Source: Elusimicrobiota bacterium (lineage in GTDB: Bacteria; Elusimicrobiota; Elusimicrobia; UBA1565; JACRDR01). From it: 64,000 nt of DNA. Below the pieces are notes generated by a model. It saw only the letters and a list, made by a program, of their open reading frames with translations. It was not told the origin of the DNA and searched no databases. Within the stretch, counting starts at the first letter, position 1. Each line of letters starts with the position of its first letter. This document shows positions 15,269 to 26,175 of the stretch, in pieces. A program made the position numbers and the translations under genes. The stretch covers positions 35,807 to 99,806 of the forward strand of contig JBGFSC010000045.1 in NCBI GenBank assembly GCA_041694815.1. The letters are read 5' to 3'.

Positions 15269-16914
15269 CGCTGGGGGAACGGCTGTGGCAACTTCCGACG
15301 GGCGCGATCTGTCTGAGCGCGGCCCAGGCAGCAGATGTCTCCCTCTCTGACGGCAAAAGGCCTTAAATCCGAAAGCAGGGTGTCGCAGCGGGTGATGATT
15401 CCGGTTGACCCGATGCCTGCGAGAAAAGCCAGAAGACGGCCGGGAAGGTCCACCTTCACCCAATAAAGATAGGTAATCAAGGTCGGCTCCCGCGTGCGTT
15501 GAAAGGCGAAATAGGTCATATCGTCGACGGCCAATCGAAGCTCCTTCTCCTTGCCTATTCCGCAACGCAGAGCTGCGGTATCGATCTGCATGTGCGTCCG
15601 CGTCGAATCATAGTTCGAAAGTGCGATACTGGGTCCGATGGTGCTTTCACGAATGCCAATTAAGCGATGGAACGAGGACAGCAGATAAGCTTGGCTGGCG
15701 AAAGAGGAAAGAAGAAGCATGACGGCCGCGTAACTCGCCGAGGAAGGGGGAGATATCCATGGCAGCGCTTCCGAGACGAGCAGTAGGTCGACCAGCAGGA
15801 TTAGCGGAAGAATTAGGCTTGAATCATAGAAGATCTTATGCGCCTGGAAGAAACCGACGATCGCGATCGTGACCGAGAGGGCTAGAGGCATCGCTGTCTC
15901 TACCGTGAGCCGGCGGAGAGCGTAGTCTCGACGCAGCCGCAGGTACAACGCGAGTATGCCGTATGCCAGTGCCAACGAGAAGATCGTTCGAACCAAAATA
16001 TGGAGCGGGCGCAGAAGAAAAGCGGGGGTGTGGAAAGCGGAAGGAAGCCAGAGTACTTGGTATTGAGAACGAAAGGAGGCGGAATCGAGATAGGCCGCGA
16101 AGCCGTAGAGGCTTTTAAGGCCGGTCTGGAAAAAAAGGAATGGGTCCGAGCGCAACAAAGAAAGGGGAACGGTGGGCACGAAGCCCAGAGCCTCCACGCA
16201 CTGGACCCTCGCGTTCCAGACGGAAAAACTTTGATCGGCTAGAAGGCCCAGGCTGCTGGCAAGGAGAAGGAATGCGAGCCAGTCTCTAGAGGGACGGCAG
16301 ATGTAATAGAGCGAGACCGACAATAACGGCAAGAACAACATTGCCTTCGGATGCTGCGGCAACATTAAGGCGGCGGCGCCGAGAAGCGGCAGGCCGAGTA
16401 ACAGGGTATTGCGACGGGAGGGGCGCTCCACCCGGCCGGCGATAAGCGGGAGAAGACAGGCGGTCGCGGCGCCGATGCGCAGAATCTGTTCTGGACGGTT
16501 GAGGACCATCATGAGCGGAAGCGTGCCCAAACTAGTGAAAGAAACGATGCCTGCCATGGAGTATAAAAACGAAAAGCCCTTGCCCATAACGACTTTTGCC
16601 GTCCCCACCATCACTCCAATCCACAGGAGAAACAGGGCGACACCGATGAAGCGAAATGCGAGAAGATCCGTCAGCCGGCCGTACAACGCCCATTCGATGA
16701 GACGTTCGGGAAGCCAGAACCATGGGGCGGCGACCGTAAGGCATTGAGGCACCATCATCAATAATCGGCCTTCGTCCCGAAATAGCCGCGAATTGAGCAA
16801 CCGATAATAAATCTCGTCAGGGTAAATCGGCGAAAAGCAGGCCAAAAATAGGACGGCGGAAAAGAATACCAAGGCGACATAGGAGGCCGCCCGAATGAGG
16901 CGCATTTGCAGCAT
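15265..16914 (-). CDS. Polytopic membrane protein (possible GT-C-type transferase)
   Basis: Many hydrophobic segments and a PDE motif after the first TM; visibly lower GC than its neighbours. Confidence 0.55.
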   Translation of the reverse strand: MLQMRLIRAASYVALVFFSAVLFLACFSPIYPDEIYYRLLNSRLFRDEGRLLMMVPQCLTVAAPWFWLPERLIEWALYGRLTDLLAFRFIGVALFLLWIGVMVGTAKVVMGKGFSFLYSMAGIVSFTSLGTLPLMMVLNRPEQILRIGAATACLLPLIAGRVERPSRRNTLLLGLPLLGAAALMLPQHPKAMLFLPLLSVSLYYICRPSRDWLAFLLLASSLGLLADQSFSVWNARVQCVEALGFVPTVPLSLLRSDPFLFFQTGLKSLYGFAAYLDSASFRSQYQVLWLPSAFHTPAFLLRPLHILVRTIFSLALAYGILALYLRLRRDYALRRLTVETAMPLALSVTIAIVGFFQAHKIFYDSSLILPLILLVDLLLVSEALPWISPPSSASYAAVMLLLSSFASQAYLLSSFHRLIGIRESTIGPSIALSNYDSTRTHMQIDTAALRCGIGKEKELRLAVDDMTYFAFQRTREPTLITYLYWVKVDLPGRLLAFLAGIGSTGIITRCDTLLSDLRPFAVREGDICCLGRAQTDRARRKLPQPFPQR

Positions 16915-17408
16915 CAGCTGCAGAGATAGGCTAGAAGGTCTCGGGCCGAGACCACTCCTAGGCCGCCGCTCTTCGTGCGCACGGGGAGATGGTAGTGGCC
17001 TTGCACGGACATCTTATGGAACGCGAAGGCGATCGGCTGCTCCTCGCCGACGCAGTCGGGATCCCGGCGCATGGCCCGGGCCACCGGGATGAGGGACGGG
17101 TCCTCGCCGGGGGGGAGATTCAGGAGCAAGTCGCGCTCGGTGAAGATGCCGCTTAAGGCCCCGCCGTTGGTCGCCAGCACGCAGCCGGTCTTATGCTTGC
17201 GCATGCTGCGTACCGCCTGGGCCACGCTTTCGGTCTCCTCGACGGTCAAGGCCTCGTGGACCCTGAGATCGCCGACCGTCCCGGAAAGGATCCTGCGCTG
17301 CATGCCGCCCTTGGGTTGCGGGGTCGCTAGCGCGGACAGCGAGGCGTGGCAGGAGACGCAAAGCTCCTCGCCGGGCAGGTTCGCGGTCCCGCAATCGGGG
17401 CACTTCAT
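16914..17408 (-). CDS. Zinc-ribbon plus CBS-pair protein
   Basis: MKCPDCG...CVSC followed by CBS motif GIFTERDLL. Confidence 0.85.
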   Translation of the reverse strand: MKCPDCGTANLPGEELCVSCHASLSALATPQPKGGMQRRILSGTVGDLRVHEALTVEETESVAQAVRSMRKHKTGCVLATNGGALSGIFTERDLLLNLPPGEDPSLIPVARAMRRDPDCVGEEQPIAFAFHKMSVQGHYHLPVRTKSGGLGVVSARDLLAYLCS

Positions 17409-18427
17409 TTCACTTCCCAAGTCTCCGGACCGGCGATGAGTTTTTCGATATCGGTTTGCCCGGCCTCGGAGGCGGAATGGATCTGCTCTTCCATCATCGA
17501 CTCGTAGGTGGGCTCCTCGATGCAGCGGAAGATCCCTACGGGCGTGGGAAACTCCGCTCCCAGGTCGGTGAGCATATACGCCAACGCCGAGCTCGCCTTC
17601 TCGTCGTGCACCGCCAGGCGGGGGGGCGGCTTGCCCGGCTCGAAGGTCACGAGCTCCGGCTTGAGCCCGTCGAAGGCAAGCCCGCGATCCTTGGCCTTGC
17701 CGAAGACCATGGGCTTTCCGTGCTCGAGCTTGAGCGCCTGGTCCTCGCGGGTCGAGCGGTCCTCGACGGCCGCGAAGGCGCCGTCGTTGAACACGATGCA
17801 GTTCTGGAGGATCTCGATGAAGGCCGAACCCTTGTGCTGGGCGCCGCGCGCCAGGATCACGGAGAGATGCTCGACGTCCGTGTCGATGGAGCGCGCGACG
17901 AAGGTAGCCTCCGCCGCCAAGGCGAAACGCAACGGGTTGATGGGCCGATCGATGGTTCCCAACGGCGAGGACTTGGTCTTCTTGCCGAGCTCGGAGGTCG
18001 GCGAGGCCTGACCCTTGGTCAAGCCGTAGATCCGATTATTGAACAGCAGTATCTTTAAATCGACGTTGCGCCGGAGGGCGTGCAGCAGATGGTTGCCGCC
18101 GATCGACAACCCATCCCCGTCGCCGGTGACCACCCATACTTGAAGATCCGGCCGAGCACATTTGAGGCCCGTCGCGAAGGTGGGCGCGCGGCCGTGGATG
18201 GTATGCATCCCGTAGGTGTTCATGTAGTAGGGAAAGCGGCTTGAACAGCCGATACCCGAGATGAAGACGAACTTTTCCCTCGGGATGCCCAAGGCCGGCA
18301 TTACCTTCTGCACCTGCGCGAGTATGGCGAAGTCCCCGCAGCCTGGGCACCAGCGCACCATCTGGTCGGAGACGAAATCCTTGCGGGTAAGTCCCGGCGC
18401 CGGGACAGGAGTGGATGTTTCTGGCAT
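17405..18427 (-). CDS. korB: 2-oxoacid:ferredoxin oxidoreductase beta subunit
   Basis: WCPGCGD, SGIGCSSR, HGRA, TPP-binding GDGDG...NNRIYGLTKGQ. Confidence 0.92.
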   Translation of the reverse strand: MPETSTPVPAPGLTRKDFVSDQMVRWCPGCGDFAILAQVQKVMPALGIPREKFVFISGIGCSSRFPYYMNTYGMHTIHGRAPTFATGLKCARPDLQVWVVTGDGDGLSIGGNHLLHALRRNVDLKILLFNNRIYGLTKGQASPTSELGKKTKSSPLGTIDRPINPLRFALAAEATFVARSIDTDVEHLSVILARGAQHKGSAFIEILQNCIVFNDGAFAAVEDRSTREDQALKLEHGKPMVFGKAKDRGLAFDGLKPELVTFEPGKPPPRLAVHDEKASSALAYMLTDLGAEFPTPVGIFRCIEEPTYESMMEEQIHSASEAGQTDIEKLIAGPETWEVK

Positions 18428-18430
18428 GGG

Positions 18431-20281
18431 TTATCCCTCTAAAAGCTGCGTGATGGCGTCGCGTATTTCCGAGATCTTGAAGGGCTGGCCTTTAACCTTG
18501 TTGAGGCCGACGGCCGGCACCGCGTATTTAGCGCGCAGCAGCAGCAGCAATTGCCCGAGGTTGAGCTCGGGCACGAGTATTTTCTCGTAATGGCTTAAGA
18601 TGTCGCCCAAATCCGGCGGGAAGGGGTGGATATGCCTCAGGTGGATCGAGGCCACCGCCTCCTCCCGGGCCTGGAATTCCCGCACGGCCGCCGTAATGGC
18701 GCCATAGCTCGAGCCCCAGCCCACGACGAGCACCTTACCCTTCTTGGGCCCCAGGACCTCCGTCGGCGGGATCTCCTTGGCGATGCCGGCGATCTTCTGC
18801 GCCCGCAGGCGCACCATATGCTCGTGATTGTCCGGCTCGTAATTGACGTTGCCGGTCACATCCTGCTTCTCCAGCCCGCCGATGCGGTGCTCGAGCCCCG
18901 GGGTCCCGGGCAGGGCCCAGGGCCTGGCCAAGGTCTCGGGATCGCGCTTGTACGGCTTGAAATCCTTGGGGTCGGTCGCATTGGGCACTCGTAGGTTGGG
19001 GAGTTCGGAAAGCTTGGGCAGGCGCCAGGGCTCCGAGCCGTTGCCGAGATAGCCGTCGGACAAAAAGAAGACCGGGGTCATGTACTTAAGCGCGATGCGG
19101 CAGGCCTCGATCGCCATGGTGAAGCAGTCTCCGGGAGTGGCGGCGGCGACGATCGCGACGGGGCATTCGCCGTTGCGGCCAAACATCGCCTGGAGCAGGT
19201 CGGCCTGCTCCGTTTTCGTCGGAAGTCCGGTCGAGGGGCCCCCGCGCTGGATATCGAGGATGACGAGCGGCAGCTCCATGGTGACCGCCAGGCCGATGGC
19301 CTCGCTCTTGAGGCAAACGCCCGGGCCGCTGGTGCCCGTGACGGCCAGATGCCCGCCGAAGGAGGCGCCGATGGCCGCCCCGATGGCGGCGATCTCATCT
19401 TCCGCCTGGAAGGTGCGCACCGCCAAGCCCTTGTGCAGCGAGAGCTCATGGAGTATGTCGGAAGCCGGAGTGATCGGGTAGGAGCCGTAGAAGAGGGGCC
19501 GGTTGGCGAGCCTGGAGGCCGTGACGAGCCCCAGCGCCGTGGCGGTGTTGCCGACGATGTTGCGGTAGCGGCCCGGGGCGATCGGGGCCTTCTTGACGCG
19601 GTAGTGGTGGGTGAATATTTCGGTGGTCTCGGCGTAGGCGTGCCCGGCCAAGAGGGCCTTGGTGTTGGCGTCGGCGATCTCGGGGGATTTCTTGAACTTT
19701 TTCTGGATCCATTGCAGCGTCGATTCGATCGGACGCTCGTAGAGCCAATACATGAGCCCCAGGGCGAAGAAATTCTTGCAGCGGTCCACCTGGGTGCGGC
19801 TCAGGCTTTTACCCTTGAGCGCGTTGTCGGTCAGGGTGGTCAGGGGGATCGAGAGGACCCGGTATCCCGAGAGCGTGCCGTCCTCCAATGGGTTGGAGGC
19901 GATGCCGGCCTTCTGGAAGGCCTGCGCCGTGAAGGCGTCCGTGTTGACGATCACGGTGCCGCCAGCCTCTAAGTCCTTCAGATTGGCCTTGAGCGCCGCC
20001 GGGTTCATCGCCACGAGCACGTTGGGGGCGTCCCCGGGCGTGAGTATGTCGCGCGAGCTAAAGTGTATCTGGAAGCCGCTTACCCCGGGAAGCGTGCCCG
20101 CCGGTGCGCGGATCTCGGCCGGGAAATCGGGAAGGGTGCTGAGGTCGTTGCCCGCCAGGGCCGTGGAGGTGGTGAACTGCCCACCCGTCAACTGGATGCC
20201 GTCGCCGGAATCCCCCGCGAAGCGGATCGTGACGGCGTCTATCTCCTGAACGGGCTTCGAGGCTGTTTCCATATGCGTCAA
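18431..20281 (-). CDS. korA: 2-oxoacid:acceptor oxidoreductase alpha subunit
   Basis: FAGDSGDG, YPITPAS, QAEDEIAA, RGGPSTGLPTK. Confidence 0.92.
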   Translation of the reverse strand: MTHMETASKPVQEIDAVTIRFAGDSGDGIQLTGGQFTTSTALAGNDLSTLPDFPAEIRAPAGTLPGVSGFQIHFSSRDILTPGDAPNVLVAMNPAALKANLKDLEAGGTVIVNTDAFTAQAFQKAGIASNPLEDGTLSGYRVLSIPLTTLTDNALKGKSLSRTQVDRCKNFFALGLMYWLYERPIESTLQWIQKKFKKSPEIADANTKALLAGHAYAETTEIFTHHYRVKKAPIAPGRYRNIVGNTATALGLVTASRLANRPLFYGSYPITPASDILHELSLHKGLAVRTFQAEDEIAAIGAAIGASFGGHLAVTGTSGPGVCLKSEAIGLAVTMELPLVILDIQRGGPSTGLPTKTEQADLLQAMFGRNGECPVAIVAAATPGDCFTMAIEACRIALKYMTPVFFLSDGYLGNGSEPWRLPKLSELPNLRVPNATDPKDFKPYKRDPETLARPWALPGTPGLEHRIGGLEKQDVTGNVNYEPDNHEHMVRLRAQKIAGIAKEIPPTEVLGPKKGKVLVVGWGSSYGAITAAVREFQAREEAVASIHLRHIHPFPPDLGDILSHYEKILVPELNLGQLLLLLRAKYAVPAVGLNKVKGQPFKISEIRDAITQLLEG

Positions 20282-20742
20282 GCTCCTTCTGCTTCTTGGG
20301 GCAGATCGAGTGTCGGCGGGAGGTTCATGACCTCCGCCGGGAAGTTCTCCGCGAGATAGCGGATGATGCGGCCGACGGTCAATAGCCCCGTCGGGTGGCC
20401 GTCGTCGTCGACGATCGGGAGGTTGCGGAAGCGTTTTTCATGCATGAGCTCGATGGCCTCCCCGAGCGTCCGGTCCGAATGCACGGTGACGGGGTGCGTC
20501 GACATCACGCGTCCGATCGGGGTCTTGGGGTCGACCCGTTCTAGGCAGTGCTTATAGAGGTAGTCGCGTTCGGTGAACACTCCCGAGACGGCGCCGTTGT
20601 TGCAAATGACGACCGAGCCCCGCTGGAGGCGGCGCATGCGCTCCAACACCTCGCCGTAGGACATGGTTTCTTCGACGACGATGGGGGGCAGGAGGTCCAA
20701 ATTTCCCAGGGTCTCGTTAAGAGCCTTGGTTTTTGACGACAT
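20278..20742 (-). CDS. CBS-domain protein
   Basis: GVFTERDY, FRNLPIVD. Confidence 0.88.
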   Translation of the reverse strand: MSSKTKALNETLGNLDLLPPIVVEETMSYGEVLERMRRLQRGSVVICNNGAVSGVFTERDYLYKHCLERVDPKTPIGRVMSTHPVTVHSDRTLGEAIELMHEKRFRNLPIVDDDGHPTGLLTVGRIIRYLAENFPAEVMNLPPTLDLPQEAEGA

Positions 20743-20865
20743 TGTCTACAGTATAACACATTTGGATTCCGGGCGATGGTAGCGCGGATAGGGGGCAAAA
20801 TTGTTGCCCCGTGTCACGGCAATAACATAAAATAAAAATAGAGGTGGTGGACGCGCGGAGGCCCT

Positions 20866-22047
20866 ATGCCGGACCCTAAATCGGAAGCGGAAGCGTTGCT
20901 CAAGACGGTCGCCAAGAAGCCGGCGGACTATTCGCCGGGCTTAGAGGGTGTCATCGCCGCGCGGAGCCGGCTCTGCCAGATCGACGGCGCCGCCGGCAAG
21001 CTCTATTATCTCGGGTATCCCATCGAGGAGCTGGCCCAGCACGCCACCTACGAGGAGGTCTGCTTCCTGCTCTGGTACGGGCGGCTGCCGAAGCACGAGG
21101 AGCTCGAAGCTCTGGAGAAGCTTTTCCGGGAACATCGCGCGCTGCCTCCCGAGGTGGTCTCCTTCATCGAGCTCTTGCCGCATACCAGCCACCCGATGGA
21201 CGCCTTGCGCACCGTCGCCTCGCTGCTGTCGACCTTTGACCGCAACCCGGAGCGGTCGCCGGAGGCCAACCTCCGCCGCGCCATCCAGCTGACGGCGCAG
21301 TTTCCGACTATCGTGGCCACCTTCCACCGGCTGCGCGAAAACCAGAAGCCAATCCCACCGCACCCCAAGCTCGACCATGCCGCCAATTTCCTATACATGC
21401 TCTTCGGTAAGGAGCCCGACGAGGTCAAGGCGGACGTCATGGACACGGCGCTGGTGTTGCACGTCGACCATGAGATGAACGCCTCCACCTTCGCCTCCCT
21501 CGTGACCGCCTCGACGCTTTCGGACATGTACTCGGCCGTCTCCTCGGGTGTGGGCGCCCTCAAGGGCCCGCTGCACGGGGGTGCCAACGAGGCGGTGCTC
21601 AAGATGCTCCAGGAGATCGAGGATCCCAAGAACGTCGAGCCCTGGGTGGAGCAGGCCCTCGCCAAGAAGATCAAGATCATGGGCTTCGGCCACCGGGTCT
21701 ACAAGAACTACGACCCGCGGGCCCGCATCCTCAAGGAATACGCCCGGCGCCTCTCGGAGAAGACCAAGTTCTCCAGGTTCTTTCAGATCAACGACAAGCT
21801 CGAGCAGGTGATGCAGGCCAAGAAGGGCCAGCACGGGATCTTCCCCAATGTCGACCTGTATTCGGGCATCGTCTACCACCAGATGGGGATCGCGACCGAC
21901 CTGTTCACTCCGATCTTCGCGATCGCGCGAGTGGCCGGTTGGACGGCCCATGTCCTGGAGTATTGGCAGGACAACCGCCTTTTCAGGCCCAATTCGGTCT
22001 ACGAGGGTCCCTCGCCCCGCAACTACGTGCCTATTTCCCAGCGGTGA
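20866..22047 (+). CDS. gltA: Citrate synthase
   Basis: GLEGV, DHEMNAST, GPLHGGANE, GFGHRVYK, PNVD. Confidence 0.95.
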   Translation: MPDPKSEAEALLKTVAKKPADYSPGLEGVIAARSRLCQIDGAAGKLYYLGYPIEELAQHATYEEVCFLLWYGRLPKHEELEALEKLFREHRALPPEVVSFIELLPHTSHPMDALRTVASLLSTFDRNPERSPEANLRRAIQLTAQFPTIVATFHRLRENQKPIPPHPKLDHAANFLYMLFGKEPDEVKADVMDTALVLHVDHEMNASTFASLVTASTLSDMYSAVSSGVGALKGPLHGGANEAVLKMLQEIEDPKNVEPWVEQALAKKIKIMGFGHRVYKNYDPRARILKEYARRLSEKTKFSRFFQINDKLEQVMQAKKGQHGIFPNVDLYSGIVYHQMGIATDLFTPIFAIARVAGWTAHVLEYWQDNRLFRPNSVYEGPSPRNYVPISQR

Positions 22048-23207
22048 AGCTGCTCGAGCACGAAGCCAAGGCCATTTTCCGCGCGCGGGGCATTCCCGTG
22101 CCTCCGACTGGCGGCGTTATCGACGCGCCGGCGCGATTGGTGTCCGCCCTCAAGCGCGCCGGTAAGGGCCCTTGGGTGCTCAAGGCCCAGGTGCTCGCCG
22201 GAGGGCGGGGCAAGGCGGGAGGGGTCAAGCTCGCCAAGACCCCGGCCGAGGCCAAGGCCGCGGCGAAGGCCATCCTGGGCATGACGCTTGTCTCACCGCA
22301 GACCGGCCCGGAGGGCGTCAAGGTCCGCGAGGTCTTAGTCGACAAGGCCACCGATATTGCCCGCGAGCTCTACCTCTCCGTCGTCCTCGACCGCCGCGAG
22401 GGCCGGCCGGTCGTCATCGCCTCCGCCGAGGGCGGGGTCGAGATCGAGGCCTTAGCCCACAGCCGCCCCGAGGCGATATTGCGCGAGGCCGTGGACCCGG
22501 TCTCAGGCATCGAGGACTTCCAGTCCCGGCGACTGGCCTTCAAGCTGCGCCTCGGCCCGGAGCTTGTCGGCCCTTTCGTGCGGATGCTGCGCGATCTAGT
22601 CGGGGTCTTCTTGGAATGCGACGCGAGCTTGGTCGAGGTCAACCCGCTCGTCGTCACCAAGCGGGGAGGACTTGTCGCCCTCGACGCCAAGATGACGCTC
22701 GACGACAACGCCGCCTTCCGCCATAAGGACCTGGCTCTTCAAGACCACGAATCCTCCGCCTTGGAGCGCGAGGCCAAGAAGGTCGGCATCTCCTATATCG
22801 GCTTGGACGGCAATATCGGCTGCATGGTCAACGGGGCGGGGCTGGCCATGGGCACGATGGATATCGTCTCGCTCGCCGGTGGGCGCCCGGCCAACTTTCT
22901 CGACGTGGGCGGCGGCGCGAACGCGGAACAGGTGACGCGCGCCTTCCGCATCATCCTCAAGGACCGGCGGGTCAAGGCCGTGCTCGTCAACATTTTCGGC
23001 GGCATCATGAAATGCACGACCATCGCCGAAGGGGTGATCGCGGCGGTCAAGGCGGTGGGCCTGAAGGTGCCGTTGGTCGTGCGCCTGGAGGGAACGCAGG
23101 TGGAGGAGGGCAAGGCCCTGCTATCTAAGTCGGGCCTGCCGCTGATCCAGGCCGACAGCCTTTGGGACGCGGCGCAAAAAGCGGTGAAGGCTGCGGGCAA
23201 GCCATGA
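22044..23207 (+). CDS. sucC: Succinyl-CoA synthetase beta subunit
   Basis: GTG start; [30 protein letters not shown]. Confidence 0.95.
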   Translation: MKLLEHEAKAIFRARGIPVPPTGGVIDAPARLVSALKRAGKGPWVLKAQVLAGGRGKAGGVKLAKTPAEAKAAAKAILGMTLVSPQTGPEGVKVREVLVDKATDIARELYLSVVLDRREGRPVVIASAEGGVEIEALAHSRPEAILREAVDPVSGIEDFQSRRLAFKLRLGPELVGPFVRMLRDLVGVFLECDASLVEVNPLVVTKRGGLVALDAKMTLDDNAAFRHKDLALQDHESSALEREAKKVGISYIGLDGNIGCMVNGAGLAMGTMDIVSLAGGRPANFLDVGGGANAEQVTRAFRIILKDRRVKAVLVNIFGGIMKCTTIAEGVIAAVKAVGLKVPLVVRLEGTQVEEGKALLSKSGLPLIQADSLWDAAQKAVKAAGKP

Positions 23208-24100
23208 GCATTCTCATCAATCGGGAATCGAGAATCGTCGTTCAGGGTATTACCGGCTCGGCCGGATCATTCCATGCGCAACAATGCATCGCCTACGGGA
23301 CCAAGGTCGTCGCGGGCGTCACCCCGGGAAAGGGTGGCGGCTCGCACTTGGATGTCCCGATCTTCGATACCGTGCAGGACGCCGTTCGCAATACAGGGGC
23401 CAACGTGTCGCTCGTCTTCGTGCCGCCTCCCTTCGCCGCTGACGCCATCCTGGAGGCGGCCGATGCGGGCGTCAAGCTTATCGTCTGCATTACCGAGGGC
23501 ATCCCGGTCTTGGATATGGCCCGCGTCAAGAAATACCTCCGCGAGTACTCGGCCGCCGGCAACCCCGTGCGGCTTATCGGGCCCAATTGCCCCGGTGTGA
23601 TCACGCCCGGGCAGTGCAAGATCGGCATTATGCCTGGCTACATCCACAAGCCGGGCCCCGTCGGGCTCGTCTCGCGCTCGGGCACCCTGACCTACGAGGC
23701 GGTCTGGCAGTTGAGCTCCAAGGGGTTCGGGCAATCCACCGTCGTGGGAATCGGGGGGGACCCGATCGCCGGTTCCACTTTCACCGATATCCTAAGCCTC
23801 TTTGAGGAGGATCCGGAGACTTCCGCCGTCGTCTTGATCGGCGAGATCGGCGGCTCGGCTGAGGAGGAGGCGGCCCGGTTCTTCAAGGAGCGCATGACGA
23901 AGCCCGTCTTCGCCTTCATCGCGGGCAAGACGGCGCCGCCGGGCAGGCGCATGGGTCACGCCGGGGCGATCGTGGAGGGTGGGGCGGGGACTCACTCCTC
24001 CAAGGTCAAGGCCTTGTCGGCGGCGGGCATCCGCGTGATCGAGAACTTGAGCGGCATCGGTGAGGCGGTCGCCGCCAACGCCGCGGAGCTGGTATCCTGA
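23204..24100 (+). CDS. sucD: Succinyl-CoA synthetase alpha subunit
   Basis: [26 protein letters not shown]. Confidence 0.95.
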   Translation: MSILINRESRIVVQGITGSAGSFHAQQCIAYGTKVVAGVTPGKGGGSHLDVPIFDTVQDAVRNTGANVSLVFVPPPFAADAILEAADAGVKLIVCITEGIPVLDMARVKKYLREYSAAGNPVRLIGPNCPGVITPGQCKIGIMPGYIHKPGPVGLVSRSGTLTYEAVWQLSSKGFGQSTVVGIGGDPIAGSTFTDILSLFEEDPETSAVVLIGEIGGSAEEEAARFFKERMTKPVFAFIAGKTAPPGRRMGHAGAIVEGGAGTHSSKVKALSAAGIRVIENLSGIGEAVAANAAELVS

Positions 24101-26175
24101 TGGCCGAAGAACAGGGAAAATCCGCCACCGACCGCTTTCCGTACTACGTCGCGCTGGGCATCAGCCTGGCGTTGTGGCTCGTCAACGCCCTTAACGGCTT
24201 CGCGCTGCTCGACAAGAAATGGACCGACCAGATGCTGCGCTGGCGCGGCATGGAGCGGGGTGATTCCCGCGTCACGGTCATCGCCATCGACGATGCCTCG
24301 ATCAAGCAGATCGGGCAGTTCCCGTGGCCGCGCAGCGTATACGCCCGACTCTTCCGTAAGCTCGACCAGCTCGGCGTCCAGGTGGCCGCGGTCGACGTCC
24401 TCTTCATGGACCGGTCGACCCCCTCGGAGGACGCCGCACTGATCGAGGCCACCGCGGGCGCTAGGATGAAGATCATCCACGCCGTGGGCGAGGACACCAA
24501 TATCCTCGACCGGCACGTCTTCGTGCACCCCTTCGCGGCGCTGCGCAAAGCGAGCCGGCACTTCGGCGGCGTCAGCCAATGGCTGCTGGATCCCGACGGG
24601 GCCGTGCGCTGGACCTTCCTGATGTACGGGGAGGATAAAAGCGACCCCTCCAAGTGGTTGAGCGACCCGAATCGGGTGCCCTCGCTGGGGCTTAAGGCCG
24701 TCGCCCTGCTGGAGGGCCGGTCTCCCGACGAGTACGTCCGGGAGCGTAATGCCCTGTACATGAACCTCCGCGGGGAGGCCTTGAAGATTGTGGGCAAGAC
24801 GACACGCGACGGGGTCAGCGAGGATCTCGTCCTTCCGGACTACGGCATCGCCCGCATCCCCGCCTGGAAGATACTCTACAATCAGCTCGACGAGGCGCAG
24901 CGCAAGGCCCTCAAGGGCGGCATCGCCCTGATCGGCTCGACGGCCCTGGGCGCCTACGACCACTACCCCAGCGCGTTTTCGGAGATGACCCCGGGTGTCG
25001 AGGTGCACGCCAACGTCATCGACAACCTGCTCAACGACCGCGAGCTCCGCTGGCATTCGCGCCGGTGGACCGCCTTGGCCATACTCGCCTTTTCCCTGCT
25101 GGCCGCCTGGGTGCTCAATCTGGGCCCGATGGCCGCGACCGGCATCGTGCTCGCCGTGCTCGCCGCCTGGGTGGGGTTCGACTACAAGCTTTTCCGCGGC
25201 CTGCGCGTGCTGGAGTTTACGGCCCCGACGCTCTCGTTGGCGGGGACCTTCGCCGTGCTCATCATCCGCAAGACCCTGCTCGAGAACCGCGAGAAGCGCT
25301 TCATCAAGCATACCTTCGGGCAGTTCGTGGCCCCCGAGGTCGTCGACGACCTGGTTAAGGACCCCGCGAAGGTTAAGCTCGGCGGTGAGAAGCGCGATAT
25401 GACGGTGCTTTTCCTCGATATCGCCCATTTCACGACGATCTCCGAAAGGATGACGCCGGAGGCCCTGATCCAATTTTTGAACAAGTATCTGTCCGCTTTA
25501 AGCGAGGTGATCCACGTCCATAAGGGTGTCGTCGACAAGTACATCGGCGACTGCATCATGGCCTTTTGGAACGCCCCCCTGGAGCAGAAGGACCACCGCA
25601 CGCAGGCCTGCGTGGCCGCCGTCGAATGCATGGAGGCTCTCCGGGAGCTAAACAAGACGCTCGATCCGGCCCTCCCGGAGCGTCCCGCCATTCGGATCGG
25701 GCTCAACTCGGGAGAGATGACGGTAGGGCTTACCGGCTCCAAGCAAAAGCTGCAGTACACCGTCATCGGGGACGAGGTCAACCTCGCCAGCCGCCTGGAG
25801 GGGGCCAATAAGTTCTTCGGTTCCGATATCATGGTCAGCGAGTCCTGCTTCAATGGGGCTAAGGCCAGCGTCGAGGGCCGGGTGCTCGGCGAGGTCCGCG
25901 TGGTCGGAAAATCCATCCCCATCCGCGTCTACGAGCTCCTGGGCAAGCGGGGGCAGCTCTCGCCGCAGTGGCAGAAGGCCCTGCCGCTTTACGAGAAGGG
26001 GCTCGAGCTGTTCCTGAAGGGCGACTTCGCCGGCTCGCACGCCGCCTTCGGCGATGTGCTCAAGGTCATCCCCGAGGACAAGCCGTCGAAACTCTACTAC
26101 AACCGTTCCCACGACTACGCCAACATACCGCCGGTAGACGACGACTGGCGCGTCTTCAACTTGACCGCGAAATGA
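24100..26175 (+). CDS. CHASE2-domain adenylate/guanylate cyclase
   Basis: CHASE2 plus three TM segments plus class III cyclase (FLDIAHFT, DKYIGDCIMAFW, GDEVNLASRLEG). Confidence 0.9.
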   Translation: MAEEQGKSATDRFPYYVALGISLALWLVNALNGFALLDKKWTDQMLRWRGMERGDSRVTVIAIDDASIKQIGQFPWPRSVYARLFRKLDQLGVQVAAVDVLFMDRSTPSEDAALIEATAGARMKIIHAVGEDTNILDRHVFVHPFAALRKASRHFGGVSQWLLDPDGAVRWTFLMYGEDKSDPSKWLSDPNRVPSLGLKAVALLEGRSPDEYVRERNALYMNLRGEALKIVGKTTRDGVSEDLVLPDYGIARIPAWKILYNQLDEAQRKALKGGIALIGSTALGAYDHYPSAFSEMTPGVEVHANVIDNLLNDRELRWHSRRWTALAILAFSLLAAWVLNLGPMAATGIVLAVLAAWVGFDYKLFRGLRVLEFTAPTLSLAGTFAVLIIRKTLLENREKRFIKHTFGQFVAPEVVDDLVKDPAKVKLGGEKRDMTVLFLDIAHFTTISERMTPEALIQFLNKYLSALSEVIHVHKGVVDKYIGDCIMAFWNAPLEQKDHRTQACVAAVECMEALRELNKTLDPALPERPAIRIGLNSGEMTVGLTGSKQKLQYTVIGDEVNLASRLEGANKFFGSDIMVSESCFNGAKASVEGRVLGEVRVVGKSIPIRVYELLGKRGQLSPQWQKALPLYEKGLELFLKGDFAGSHAAFGDVLKVIPEDKPSKLYYNRSHDYANIPPVDDDWRVFNLTAK

